Source of the DNA: Octopus vulgaris
Lineage: Eukaryota
Length of the DNA: 64,000 bases
NCBI GenBank assembly: GCA_951406725.2
Contig: OX597814.1
Span: 161,696,001 to 161,760,000 of the forward strand
Direction: 5' to 3'
Shown: positions 22,375-35,929 of the stretch, piece after piece
How the letters are laid out: every line of letters starts with the position of its first letter
How positions within the stretch are numbered: position 1 is the first letter of the stretch
Made by a program: the position numbers and the translations under genes
The notes under the pieces: model-generated
Seen by the model: the letters and a program-made list of their open reading frames with translations, nothing else
Databases searched by the model: none
What the model was told of the DNA's origin: nothing

Positions 22375-24690
22375 TTGGAATTTACAAAAAAAAATAAAAA
22401 ACAAATATGGATATGTAAACAACAAACCGATGTATTAGTTTAAAGCTTGAGAAGTGAGAAAGTCTTTCACGTTTTGAGCCTACACCCTTCAACAGAAAGG
22501 AACACAGAAATAAAGAGAGAGAAAAATAAAGTTAAGTGGCTTGTGATCAATCATGGACAGAGGTGGTCAGACAGGAGAGCTAGGAAGAAGGGGAGATAAT
22601 AAAGTAGTGGTGATCCCAAAATGAAGGTGCACATGCATGTCAGAGTGTGTGTGTGTACATGTGGATAGGGGCTGGTGACCTTGATGTGGGCATGTGTTCA
22701 TTTGTAGGTGTGTGGATGATGGTATGGGTAGTGGGAAGTGGTCAGTGCTAGTGTGTGGGGTGGTGTGGTGTGGTGTGGTGTGGTATGGTGGTGTTTAGTG
22801 TGGTGGTGTTGGGGTGTGGGGGAAGAGGGGGATGCAAGGGTGGGGTAAGGTGGGGCATGTAGGAGTGGGGTATGTGGGTAGGGATGGGGTATGTGGGAGT
22901 GGAATGTGTGTAATGGGGCGGGAGTGGGATGAGATGTATAGGGATGGTGGGGTTGGAATGTATAGGGGTGGGTAACAACAGAGGGGTGACGATGAAGGGA
23001 GATGGTGGAAGGGAGAATGTGGGTAGGAGTGAAGAGAGGAAGTAAGTGTCAGAGCAAGAGAGAAGAGAGGTAGGTGAGAATGAAGGAAGGAAGTACGTGT
23101 GAGAGGAAGAGAACAGAGAGGAGGGGGTTAGATGAAGAGGGGAGGTGAGTTGAGCCCATGTGGTGCAAAGGAGTGAAGAGAAAAGATGAATTTCTGTTTA
23201 CAGCAAAGATGGGAGTCCGGATGGACTCTGTGCAAGGACAATCTGAACACAGACAGGTGTAAAGAATGACCAGTAGAGCAGAAATGACACTAGACTGGGG
23301 TGTCATTGCCAAGGTAGCGATGGTGTACATGAAGCCCCTCGTGGTGAGGGATCACCGGTATAGGCTCTTGATGTTGAGTGAAGAGAAGTTTAGAAGAGTC
23401 AGGAGGGAAGGAGAAAGAGTTGAACAGATGAAGAGCATAGTTAGTGTCATGGATGTGAGAGGGGAGAGAAACCACAAAGGGAGGGTGCAAGGAGATGGTC
23501 AAGATATCTGGAGATGAGTTTGGTGGGGCAGTTGCAGGCGGAGACAATGGGGCATCCAGGGTTGTTAGGTTTGTGAATTTTGGGGATGAAGTAAATTGTG
23601 GGGATGCGAGGGGTGTGGACAATGAGGTTGGAGGTGGTGGGGGGAGAAGGGAGGAGGAGATGACGTCTGGATAGTAGAGAACACCATCTATTGGTAGCTG
23701 GATGTGGGGTTGGAGGGCAGAGGGCAGTAGGAGGAAGTGTCTTGAAGGTGTCGGAGAGCTTTGGCCTTGTAGAGGTCTGCACACCACACCACCATGGCTC
23801 CACACTTGTCAGCCAGTTTTATGATGATGTTTTTGCGGTGTTGGAGACATTAAATGGCCAAGAGTTCGGCTGGAGAGATGTTCAGATGTCGGGGACGCCT
23901 GGAAAAGTCAAACGCCCGCAAAAAGGAACTGGCCAGAACCTGGTGTCTACTGAGATGGTTGGCGGCAAGGTTGGTGAAGCAATCCTCCTCATTAGAGGCA
24001 GGTGGAGTGTCGCAGAATAGCACACACAACCTAACACGGCGCACAAAGTTGTGGATATCAGCACGAGTCCGAAATTCGTTGTTGGAAGGAGTGAGGGGGA
24101 TGAAGGGCAGGCCCCTACTGAGGAGGGAGTGCTCCGCCTCAGAGAGGGGAAGATCTGGAGAAATAGTAGCAACAGACTGAAGTGGAGAAGGGGTGGATGG
24201 GACAGAAGAGGTGGGTAGTGGACGGCTAGGAGGGAAGGGATGAGGGGTAGGTGTGTGTGGGGGGGTCAGAGTGATGGGGTTGGTGAGGGTGGGGGAGCAT
24301 ACCAGGGAGGGAGGAGGCTGGGGAGTAGTTGGGATAGTGGCATCGGGTGTGATGGAATGGAGGAGTGAGTGGAGTTTACATTGTTTGGTGTGAGCAAGAA
24401 ATTCATGAAAGAGATTATTTAAATGGATTATGTAAAGTAAAGTGGAGTTTGTATGGGAGGGCAATTGAGAGGAGAAGATGGAAAAAGCAAGAGGGAGAAG
24501 CCAGTCGATGGTGTGCATTTTGGAGAGATTAGAACAAACAGTGGAGTGCATAAGGCAGTAGGAAGTAGTATGGAGTATGGGTAGGATAGTTGAAGCAGAG
24601 TGGAGAGTAAGGTGGAAATGGAGGCGGAAACCTTTAGGGATGAGGCAGTGATGAAGGCAGTGACTGAGAAAGGAAACGTGGCTAGAGAAG
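22375..24690 (-). mobile_element. Penelope-like element, internally deleted, with 3' terminal repeat
   Basis: LSEAEHSLLSRGLPFIP, IYFIPKIHKPNNPGCPIVSACNCPTKLISRYLD and SHIHDT..IPHHEGL are followed directly by GIY-YIG C-terminal TPV.HF.STGHS...FIFSLHSFAPHGLN. A C-rich 3' UTR follows. Confidence 0.9.
22464..22499 (-). ncRNA. Degenerate minimal hammerhead motif in a PLE terminal repeat
   Basis: cttt CTGTTGA a gggtgtaggctc aAAAC GTg aaag. G12 and the cleavage base are mutated in this copy; a related copy lies at 63606-63640. Confidence 0.45.
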
Positions 24691-24750
24691 CTATATATAT
24701 ATAAATAGATGAGTGTCTTTTTCCCTTGTTAACATATATATTAATATATA

Positions 24751-24995
24751 TCATCATCATCATCATTTAGCGTCCGCTTTCCATGCTAGCATGGGTTGGA
24801 CGGGTCAACTGGGGTCTGTGAAGCTGGAAGGCTTCGTCAGGCCCAGTCAGATCTGGCAGTGTTTCTACGGCTGGATGCCCTTCCTAACGCCAACCACTCC
24901 ACGAGTGTAGTGGGTGTTTTTTACGTGCCACCTGCACAGGTGCCAGACAGAGCTGGCAAACGGCCACGAACGGATGGTGCTTTTACGTATCACCA
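24751..24995 (-). mobile_element. RTE 3' end
   Basis: (CAT)n plus ttagcgtccgctttccatgctagcatgggttggacgg...ggatgcccttcctaacgccaaccactcc. Confidence 0.88.
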
Positions 24996-25039
24996 TATAT
25001 ATGTGTGTGTGTGTGTGTGTGTATATATACTTATAATTA

Positions 25040-25490
25040 TTAATATTTGAGGGAATAAAATCCAAAACTTACAAGGAAAAAAATTCAATTTAGAAATACT
25101 AAATCAAATTTCACACAATATAATATATATATAAAAAATTAGAAAACACCCACCTTTTATCAATTCAAAATGAACAATTAAATTACCCCATCTAGAAAAT
25201 TACATATAATAGAAATATTAACATTAAAATGACAATAAAATGTCAATGATTAAGTAAATTGCAAAAAAATAATAATAATAATAACATATATATATACGTA
25301 TATATACAATTTATATACGTTATTATTATTATTATAATTATAATTATTTTTTTGAAATTTACTTAATCATTGACATTTTATTGTCATTTTAATGTTAATA
25401 TTTCTATTATATGTAATTTTCTAGATGGTGTAATTTAATTGTTCATTTTGAATTGATAAAAAGTGGGTTTTTTCTAATTTTTTATATATA
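25040..25490. repeat. AT-rich fold-back (~165-bp arms); same family as 51105-51245
   Basis: ~25125-25290 is the reverse complement of ~25320-25490. The leader gggaat..ccaaacttaca.ggaaaaaattcaatttagaaatactaaatcaaatttcaca recurs at ~51107. Confidence 0.88.
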
Positions 25491-25586
25491 TACATATATA
25501 TACATACATATATATATATATATACAATGTATATATATATATATATATATATAAATATACATATATATACAATGTATAATATATAC

Positions 25587-25619
<33 letters not shown>

Positions 25620-25620
25620 C

Positions 25621-25718
<98 letters not shown>

Positions 25719-25774
25719 TAAAACAATATATTATTTGCAATGTTTATATATATATATATATACAAGATATCAAC

Positions 25775-26690
25775 ATCATCATCATCATTGTTTAATGTCC
25801 GCTTTCCATGCTAGCATGGGTTAGACAGTTTGACTAAGGACTGGCAATCTGATCTGGCAGAGTTTCTATAGCTGGATGCCCTTCCTAACGCCAACCACTC
25901 TGAAAGTGTAGTGGGTGCTTTTATGTGCCACTGGCACAAGAGCCTGTGAGGCGGTACTGGTGATGACCACGCTGAAATGGTGTTTTTTATGTGCCACCTA
26001 CACAGGAGCCAGTCCAGTGACACTGGCAACAACCTCGCTTGAATGTTGTTTTCATGTGCCAGTAAGGCGAGGCTGATAATGATCATACTCAAATGGTACT
26101 TTTTATGTGTCACTGGCACAGGAGCCAGTCAGCAGCCCTGGCAATGATCACACTCGGATGGTGCTTTTAATCTTCCACTGGCACAGATGCCAGTCAGGTG
26201 GTGCTGTCATCGGCCATGTCAATGAATTTGATTTTGATTTCACTTGCCTCAACAGGTCTTCGCAAGCAATGCATAAGTAGGCAGGTTACACTGCTGGAAT
26301 AGGTCACAGGTTATCGTCTCACTTGGTTTCCTGGATCTTCTCAAGCACAGCATATTTCTAAAGGTCTCGGTCACAAGTCATTGCCTTGGCGAGGCCCAAT
26401 GTTTGAAGGTTGTGCTTCACCACCTCATCCCAGGTTTTTCTGGGTCTACGTCATCCACAGATTCCCTCAACTGTTAAGGTGTGACACTTCTTCACACAGC
26501 TGTCCTCATCCATTCACACCACATGTCCATACCAGTGTAGTTGTCATTCTTGCACACCACATCTGATGCTTCTTAGGTCCAACTTTTCTCTCAAGGAGCT
26601 TACACTCTGTTGTGTATGCACACTAACATTACACATCCATTTGGGCATACTGGCTTCATTCCTTGCAAGCTTATACATGTCCTCAGCAGT
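25775..26690 (-). mobile_element. 5'-truncated RTE LINE
   Basis: The minus strand reads [45 protein letters not shown], then UTR repeats and a (GAT)n tail. Confidence 0.9.
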
Positions 26691-26747
26691 TATATATGTG
26701 TATGTGTGTGTGTGTGTGTGCAATGTTTATATATATACAATGTGTGT

Positions 26748-26812
<65 letters not shown>

Positions 26813-27714
26813 TATATATATATATATACAATCATATATATCTGTGGGTGTGTAAATATATCTATATATACATATATATATATATATACATGTGTATACA
26901 TACTATACATATATATATAAATGTGCATATAAATGTTTTTATATATACATTATACATACATATACATATATGTGTATACATATATACATATATAAATATA
27001 TATACGTCTATATACATGGAAAATGTGGGTAGATCAAACGTCTCCAACTTACTTTCATATTAAATTAGAGATTGGGGTGAGGAAATATTAACATAGGAAA
27101 AGGATGATTATGGTGATTCTCATAGAGAAAAAAATTTCAATTGTTCCTTTATTCCTCTGACTCATTCAGTGAAATGACAATGGATTTATTTACCTGTACA
27201 ATGATATATAAATCAATCAACATTGAAGATTCTAAGTGCAGAGTATAAAGAGAAAATCGTACAAGTGAAACAATTATTGTTTCATGCCTTGATGTGACAA
27301 AGCTTAACATTTATTGATCTTGATTTGCCAAAAAAGAAGAAAAAATATTAATTAATTCAAACTCCATGATAATATACATGGAAATGCAATTGTATATATT
27401 ACAGTAATGAGACTAATATTAAAATTTATATGCAATTACTTTGGTTGTCTATGTGTGTGTGTGTGTGTGTGTATGTGCATAAATACATATTAATACATTA
27501 AGCACACACATAGATATGCCCATATATACTCACATATGTATGAATGCATGCATGCATACATACATACATACACACACACATACATACGTACATACATACG
27601 TACATACATACGTACGTACATACATACATACATACATACATACATACATACATACATACATACATACATACATACATACATACATACATACATACATACA
27701 TACATAAATAAATA

Positions 27715-28786
27715 CAGGGAGTTGTGGCTAAATTTGACAGTTTGCATAATAAAAAAAGAAAATACAACAGCCCATCCAAAGATAAATGTATTTAAAAAAA
27801 TCAAAAATTAACAACTGGATTATGGCTGGAAGATAACAGTATACACAAGGCAGCTGCCCTCAGCTTCCACCACAGCCTCGAATTGCTTCTGAAACTTGAT
27901 TTATGCATTCCTCATTGTGACCCTGGGAAGATCTTGGAATATTTCCTTTATCTTGCCCACCAGCTTGGCCTTTATGTTGCAGGCAGAGCAGTTGGTGTCT
28001 CTCTCAACTGCACCCTACACATAGTAATCCATGGGATTACAATTGAAAGATTTAGGAGGCAAGAAATTGGGGCTGGTGAAGTTATAGAAATTCTCTGACA
28101 ACTGCTTGCATCTCTTTCTGGAGGTATGACAAGCACCTGAATCCTACTGCCACATATATGACCTTCTGGTAACAATCGTCTCCAGTCAGGTATTGACCAG
28201 TCTCCAGTAGCTTCATGTAGCCAACTGAATTGAGTTTAAGGCCTTGTTCAAAAATAGGAAGCAGAATGACAACAACCTCACTGGAGACACTCAAAGATCA
28301 TCAGTTTGGGGAATCATGGTTTTCCTGATACATGGGACATCTCACAGATTGTAGGCAAGCCATCTGTTGTTCCAGGTTTTGCAACTAGTCTTGACAGGAG
28401 TATTTTTCTTCTGAGAAGAACCAAATCATCCCCAACTCAACAGGATGCCTTAGCTTGTCCAGGAGTTCCTTTGTCTTTGTTAAGTGGTTTTCCTTGGCCT
28501 TGGCTGTCAGACTTTGCACCTCTTGTATGAGTGGTAGCAAAGGCCCTCATTCAGGGCCAGCTTCATGATGATAACTCCAATAATCATCCCATTTGCCAAA
28601 TCCTGGATTCCCTTGTTTGGATCTTCCACCACCTGGTCATGCTATTGTTGGATGAATTTCAGCATGCAGACACAGACAATACCTGTTGTACATGCACACT
28701 GACATTGCCCATGTTTCAATGCCAGGTAGCATGGCTATTTGCATATAGACATTGTACAATCTGCCTTTCACTCTGAGGACTCCTTG
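27715..28786 (-). mobile_element. Tc1/mariner-superfamily transposon, DD37D (maT)-like, decayed
   Basis: Terminus TA|cagggagttgtggctaaattt. The minus strand reads PNFLPPKSFNCNPMDYYV.GAVERDTN (cf. PPNSPDLNPLDYYVW) and PIFEQGLKLNSVGY. Confidence 0.78.
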
Positions 28787-28789
28787 TAA

Positions 28790-29900
28790 CCAGCAGAGAT
28801 AAGGACTCACTGAACTTTGTTCAGCCTATTCTTATTCTAGTAGCTATGCTCTTAGAGCATCCACCTCCACAACTGATCAGATAGCTAATCCCTCATTTGG
28901 GTCAACATTTGGCAGGCTCTCCCATTCATTTTCCACATTTAGCAGCCATTCATAAGGGCATTTCCAAGTCTCTTTCTTTGCAGAATCATTAAATGCAAGT
29001 GCACCGTCATCCATGCAGACACATTTCTCTTCTATGACATCACAATTTTCTCTCACACACTGTTTTGCAATCTGAAACATTTCACGTCTCTGGTCCTCGT
29101 GTCACCTTCTTTTCTGCTTCTTCCCTGGTTAGATACACCTGTCTTCTAGCTTCACTTCTGGCTATCTGATACAGTTCCCTGCTACCCCCACACTTTCCAT
29201 CCTTCCAGGTCTGTTTCTATGCTCTGGTGGCCCTGTCTACAGCATAGTTGAACCACCACTGCTACCACATCACCCTAGGTCTGGATGGGACTTTGCGCTA
29301 GCTACAGATTTGATTTGTGGCACTCAGCAAGCTGTCCCACAGGAATTCCCAGTTGCTCTCTACGCTACTAGTCTTTAGTTCCTCCTCCCCTTCATCAAAT
29401 TTTTCAATGAGGGTATCTCTGGACCTCTGACCATATAAAGGTGTTCTTAAGCTTCCAGATTGGTCTGCTTCTTGGCATTCTTCTGGCCTGAAGTCTAAAG
29501 TTACTAATGACTAGTCTATGCTGGGGGTACATTCTTCACCAGGGAAGGTCTTTATATTTATGAGCAACCATGTGAGCTGCTGTCTGGTGAGAATGTAATC
29601 GATTTGGCTAGAGTAGTCACCTGATTGGTAGATTATCAGGTGGCTGGCTGACTTCCAGAAACTGGTGTTGCAGATCAATAGGTCATTTGCATCACAGAAC
29701 TTTTATACCTATGTATGTTTCCTGTGGAGAACCTGGCTGAAGCTCCCCTCTATCTTACCTTTTGAATACAACACACATCAACATGTCTCTGTTTAAACAT
29801 CTCAACAATGTCACCAGACCTACCTTTCAATATGCCTACATTGATAGCGCCAACTCTGAAAACTGAGTAAAGGACATGGGTGGGAAGATGGTATTCAGCA
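28790..29900 (-). mobile_element. RTE LINE 5' part (APE endonuclease and linker)
   Basis: RVGAINVGILKGRSGDIVEMFKQRHVDVCCIQKVR; FCDANDLLICNTSF..SHLIIYQSG..SQIDYIL; QHRLV; WLLNVENEW. Confidence 0.88.
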
Positions 29901-29918
29901 CCTGAAAAGATTTCAATA

Positions 29919-30000
29919 AAGGAACAACAAGCAGGTGTATTAGCACTTGCTTGTTGTTCCTTCATCTGTCTTCATCTTTTGTTTTCTGTAAATTGAAACT
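29919..30000. repeat. 19-bp-arm hairpin from a PLE terminal-repeat fragment
   Basis: aaggaacaacaagcaggtg-tattag-cacttgcttgttgttcctt. The same sequence occurs at 63555-63580. Confidence 0.8.
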
Positions 30001-30149
30001 ATATATACATATCATCTGATACTGGGTCACCTCTTCTAATATCCCCTCCATTATGGCAAGACACCTGTTTCTGTCTCTCTGTCACACTCTAACCTTTCAT
30101 TCTCTGACACAAGTTCCCCTCCTCAAATGCTTTTGCCCCTTTCATAATT

Positions 30150-30460
30150 CCTTGTCTTGCAAGTAGCTTGGTGACCCTGCCAGAGCTGGTGCCACATAAA
30201 AAGCATCTAGCCCACACTGTAAAGACGTTGGCATTTGGAAGGGCATCCAGCTGTAAAAAATCAAGCCAAAACTAACCTTGCCTGTGATAGTACTACATAA
30301 AAAACACTGAGTCCACTCTGCAGAGTGGTTGATGTTAGGAAGGGCATCCAGCCATAAAAATTCTGCCAAAACAGACACAGTAGCCTAGGGTAGTTTTTTA
30401 CCTGGCTGGCTCCTGTCAACCGTCCTACCCATGTATGTATGGAAGACCAACATTAAACGA

Positions 30461-30465
<5 letters not shown>
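30150..30465 (+). mobile_element. RTE-type 3' tail with duplicated ggaagggcatccagc unit
   Basis: ggaagggcatccagc occurs twice, and the segment ends accaacattaaacgatgat before (TA)n. Confidence 0.75.
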
Positions 30466-30531
<66 letters not shown>

Positions 30532-31763
30532 CACACACACATATAGATAGATAACTAGATAAATAGATGTACACACACATACACACAAATATATACACGT
30601 GCACACATACATCTCATTCACACACACATGTATTGAAATATACTGGTTGCAGTAGGTATTTATGGTAAGTGATCTGACACGATACATGCATACACCAATT
30701 TAAACTTTTTCATTTCTCTTTGAAATGTATCAGAAAACATTAACATCAAAGATTCTAAACTGACATGTAAATGAAAACATATGTCAAGTTTGTAGCTGAA
30801 CCAACCAACCAACCAACCAACTAATCAACCAACCAAGGTATCTTAGTGATCACTAGCTTCTTGAATGTAGCTAAGTCCCTTTTGTTCCAGTCAGGAAAAT
30901 GATGGAGACCTTTGCTTAGAATGTGTCATCCATGGTCAAAAGAAAGAAACCTTCTCAATAGCCAAATATCATCAGAACGAGGAGCAGGCGGAGAGAACAA
31001 TGTGGTTTAGCTAAATTGATTATTAACTATGCTCAAGAACCCCAAGAAACCTATAATGTTCTGGCTCTTCTCAGTGATGCTGAGATGAGTGATGGAGGGA
31101 TGATAGATGGTATTAAATACAAAGAAGGTGACAAATACAGACTTCACAAAGACATACTGGGTGAGAGACCCAAATAGGGTAATGAGGAGTCTCTAGCTGT
31201 ACATGATACAAGGCAACCTCCTTAGTGTTAGTGTCACCATAAAATTTTCTCAGAATAAATTGTCAAGTGGTTGAAAAATTAGTGGAGATCATGTAGGGCT
31301 GAAAGGACTTTCTAGTCTTGTCAAGAACATGAGAATATCAATATTACTGTTGATATGATAAAATTCCGCTAATAGCCTCTATGAAGTGGTTGGTGATTGG
31401 AAGGACATCCAACAGCAGAATAACTGTGAATAAGAACTAACTTGAATTGTGACAGTCCATCCAATCCATGTAAACTAGCATAGAAAGTAGATATATAATG
31501 GTGGTGTTGGTGGTGGTGGTTGTGGTGATGGTGGTGATATACCATTATTCTTTTAATGCCCACCTTTCCATGTTTGCATGGTGCCAGGTGGAATTTGTTG
31601 AGGCAAATTTTCTATCACCCTCGCTTGTTTCCAAGCAAGGTAATATTTCTCCATAGCCAGATAGGTTTTCACAGATCTTTAGAAATACTGAACACCACTT
31701 GTATGATGGTGATGCTCATTTACAACTATTGTGCAATGTCAAGACAAGAAGACAAATACCTGC

Positions 31764-31800
<37 letters not shown>

Positions 31801-31854
31801 TGTGTACCTCAGTGTGCTAGTGTATAAAAGTCAGGCTAGAAATATAATTATGGA

Positions 31855-32232
31855 ATAGCTGTGTGGTAAGAAGCTTGCTTCCAAACCACATGGTTCCTTG
31901 TTCAGTTTCACTGCATGGCACCCTGGGGAAGTGATTTTTACTATAGTTTCAGGCCAATCAAAGCCTTGTGAGTGGATTTGGTACACAGAAACTGAAAGAA
32001 GCCTGCCGTATATATATGTATGTGTGTCTGCCCCCCCACCCCACACACACACCTGACAACCAGTGTTGGTGCGTCTACATTCCCGTAACTTAGTGGTTCA
32101 GCAAAAGACACTTTTAAAATAAGTACCAGGTTTAAAAAATGTAAAAAAGTACTGGGACCAATTCATTCAACTAATATTCTTCAATGCAGTGCCCCAGCAT
32201 GGCCACAGTCTGATGGCAAAAGAATAAAAGAA
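31855..32232 (+). mobile_element. tRNA-derived SINE, CR1-type tail
   Basis: Head gctgtgtggtaagaagcttgc; tail gcagtgccccagcatggccacagtc. Confidence 0.85.
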
Positions 32233-32430
32233 TATATATATATATATAAAGGTATAAAAGCTGATGAAGATTGTGAAAGAGGGAGGAATGGGCAGAAAGA
32301 TGGCTAGACAGACAGACAGAGGGTGGATAAATGGATATGTAGCGAGAAAGAGAGGTAAAAAAGATAGGTTAATAGACACAACATAGAGAACTGCATACAT
32401 GGATGGCTGGAGAGATGGATGGATGGATGG

Positions 32431-32464
<34 letters not shown>

Positions 32465-33054
32465 ATGGATAGATAGATAGATACCTACCAACCTATACAC
32501 ATGCAAATTCATACACACATACACACATGCATAAGAGATCTTTGACAAATCTTTATACATACATATGTACATATGCACACATGCATGTACATGCACACAC
32601 ACACAACAACAACAACAACACAGTCATAACCTCAAATACTGTCTCCAATGAAAATAACCAAAAAATTTAGAAGAAAAAATGAAACTACTATTCTTGGATT
32701 AACAAAAAAATGAATTGATTATAGACAGTATTCACATATATTTATTCAGTTGAAAGTGTTCTTTATGTATTTAGTTTAAAGTATACCAACAAAATTAAAT
32801 GGTTACATAAATTGATCCAAACAATTTTTGTAATTGACGCCACATGACTTCATCCAAGTGACTTGGTAAAGTCCTTGTTTGCATGCTATACATAATTTTA
32901 AAAGAGTGTTTATTTTGGTTTTTTTTCAAGTGTGTTCAGTCATATTGCTATGAGCACTAGTCAGTTGGTCCATGAATTTCATATTATCTCTGAAAATATT
33001 TGTATTTTCAGACAAATTTATTGCTAATATATATTGAAAATGAGTATAGATGAT

Positions 33055-33235
33055 AGGCGCAGGTATGGCTGTGTGGTTAAAAAGCTTGCTTCTAAACCAT
33101 GTGGTCTTGGATTCAGTTCCAGAGTGTGGCACCCTAGGGCAAGTGTCTTCTATATTTCTTTTTTATGTGTACTGTAGCTCTAAACTGACCAAAGCCTTGT
33201 AAATGGATTTATTAGATGGAAACTGAAAGCAACCC

Positions 33236-33270
<35 letters not shown>

Positions 33271-33505
33271 GTATATGTACAGGGTGTCCCAAAAGTCGCT
33301 GATGAGTTTCAGTTTTTAATAACTTCCATAACTGTACAAATAAATGTATGAAATTTTGATACAACATAAAGGACATGCTTGGAAACAGGTGAAGGCTGGT
33401 GACAGCAGGATCATCCAGCATCAGAAAATCAGCCTCAACAAATTCCATTTGACCAATTGCAAACATGGAAAAATGATGATGATGATGATGATGGCAATGA
33501 TGATG
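33055..33505 (+). mobile_element. RTE-tailed SINE containing a Tc1/mariner-type terminal fragment (33280-33375)
   Basis: Head aggcgcaggtatggctgtgtgg, then TA|cagggtgtcccaaaagtc inside the microsatellite, then tail gcttggaaacaggtg...(GAT)n. Confidence 0.72.
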
Positions 33506-33649
33506 ATAGAGAGAAAAGAGCTTAAATCAATGTCAGTGGACTTGAATCTTGTATTCAATATTTTGATGATCTATAAGCATCATGTATTTTGGGGCTACCT
33601 GGGAGAATGGGAGGGTGATGAGGAGAGGGGTTGGAAATAGGTAAGATAG

Positions 33650-33737
33650 AGAGACAGAGAGATAGGTAAGTAGGATAGATAGAGAGACAGAGGGATAGGT
33701 AAGTAGGATAGATAGAGAGACAGAGGGATAGGTAAGA
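33650..33737 (+). repeat. ~33-bp minisatellite, about 3 copies
   Basis: gagagacagag(a/g)gataggtaagtaggatagata is repeated. Confidence 0.85.
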
Positions 33738-33887
33738 CTGAAAATTACGTATAAGATACAAAAGTAGTCAGGTAAGTAGATGGGTAAATAGATATGCCTA
33801 TGCACACAACTGAATGACTGTCCAACCTACAGACAGAGTACTGTTGTAATCTTAGGAGTCAAATCAGAAGGATATTATGAAAACAAT

Positions 33888-34262
33888 CACTTCCCAACCA
33901 CATGGTTCCAGGTACAGTCCCACAGCATGCAACCTTGGGTAAGTGTCTTCTACTATAACCATGAGGTGACCAAAGCCTTGTAAACGGAAACTGAAAGAAG
34001 CTTGTTGTATATATATATACATATATATATATATGTGTATATGCATTTGTGTGTGTATGTCTGTTTGTCGCCCCACCGTCACTTGACAACTGGTGTGTTT
34101 ATGTCCCCGTAACTTAGTGGTTCAGCAAAAGAGACCGATGGAATAAGTATCAGGCTTACAAAAAATAAGTCCTGGGGTCAATTTTTTCAACTAAAACCCT
34201 TTCGGGCGGTACTCCAGCTTGGCTGCAGTCAAAATGACTGAAACAAGTAAAAGAATAAAAGA
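33888..34262 (+). mobile_element. tRNA-derived SINE, CR1-type tail
   Basis: cttcccaaccacatggttcc ... ggcggtactccagcttggctgcagtcaaaatgactgaaacaagtaaaag. Confidence 0.88.
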
Positions 34263-34906
34263 AAACATGTTTCTTTTGTAGGCCCTGTTCATGCAGGCAT
34301 GCACAAACACATGCATGTGTACAAACATACACACTTATGTGTGCATGCACACACATACACACACACACACACATACACCATTGGCTTCATAGAGTTTATG
34401 TCAACCAGATTCATTCACAAGACATTGGCTGCCTCAGAACTATAGTAGAAGAGACTTTCCTAAGGTGCCACTTGATGTGACCGAACCTGAAACTATGTGG
34501 TTGCAAGATGAACTTCTTAATCACACAACCCTGATTGAGCTTTGGGAAAACAGAAAAAATACGAAGTTTTTTATTGTCCTCTATCAAAAGAAACAAAAGA
34601 GACCACAGATAAAGAATAGCTGGATTGTGATCCTGAGTCAGTCTTGACAAGCAAACTTTGATTAAAAATATGCTAGTCATGACCATCTAGTTACATGTCT
34701 GATTTGCAGAAAATTTGATTTGTGTTCAGTAGGCCCAACAACTGTGTAGAGGCAGTAATTTGATTTCTTCAGTTGCCACATACGGGTAATAGAATTATAA
34801 AGGAACTAACAAAACTGGAAGTTTCCAATATTAACTTACCACTCAGCCTCTTTTGTTATTGCAAAACATACTCTTATGTAAGCTGGTCTGTTGCTTTTCC
34901 CATAAC

Positions 34907-35137
34907 CTATTTCTTTACTACCCACAAGGGGCTAAACACAGAGAGGACAAACAAGGACAGACAAACAGATTAAGTCGATTATATCGACTCCAGTGCATAA
35001 CTGGTACTTAATTTATCGACCCTGAAAGGATGAAAGGTAAAGTCGACCTTGGCGGAAATTGAACTCAGAATGTAACAGCAGACGAAATATCGCTAAGCAT
35101 TTCTCCTGGCATGCTAGCGATTCTGCCAGCTCACCGT
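34907..35137 (-). mobile_element. Full-length SINE with Meta-like core and ~13-bp TSD
   Basis: cttttcccataac occurs at 34894-34906 and 35138-35150. Core: ctttcatcctttcagggtcgataaattaagtaccag. Confidence 0.9.
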
Positions 35138-35929
35138 CTTTTCCCATAACTATTAGGTTACTAGGTTGCCACAGAAGATGCCCTGCAGCTATTTTCACTT
35201 ATCCACATGCATCAAATGTCCATACCACCATAACTTTGCTCCTGCATTCAATTGATTCCACATATACCCAGTTTTCCTCTCAGCTCATCTATAACTTGTT
35301 AAAGCTCAGTAACTTCACACATCTAATGAATCAATGTCATCACTAGATCTACCCTTGGCTAGGATTTCTGCACGTTTCACTATGAAGAGAGCATCAGGGA
35401 TACCCCAGCCTGGAAAAACCCAAACTGCATCGCATCCATGTGCTTTCTCTTCTTAATCAATTATGCTAAACATGTCCAGTGACTTTTATAATTCAATTTG
35501 ATACCTCTGTAATTGTTTCTTCGTTTTCCTAGATCATCACATTTGCCACAGTAACAGCTGAGGATTATACTACTGTATCAGTCATTACATATGACAACCT
35601 CACAATAAAACTTGCTAGACTATGCAGGGATTAGCTTGAATCCTATTTCAACAGATATTTTCAGTATTTCAGTTGAATCAACTACTATCCCAAACTCCAT
35701 AAACTAAATAGCCATTTGACTATATACACACACATATTTACACACACACACACACACACACAGACACACACACACACACATACACACACACACACACACA
35801 TGATGCCCAAACATGACCATAATCCAATGAGGGAAACCAATAAAAGAAAAGAGCATAACATTTAATCTGCTGGGCTTTAAGAGAAATTTTTTTTTATTGT
35901 GTCTAAGTCAGCTCTTATACACGTTAAAC

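Noticed and set aside
2610-27811. Many short ORFs rich in YI, CV, HT or MYVC repeats
   Set aside because: They are translations of (TA)n, (CA)n and (TACA)n tracts, which lack stop codons.
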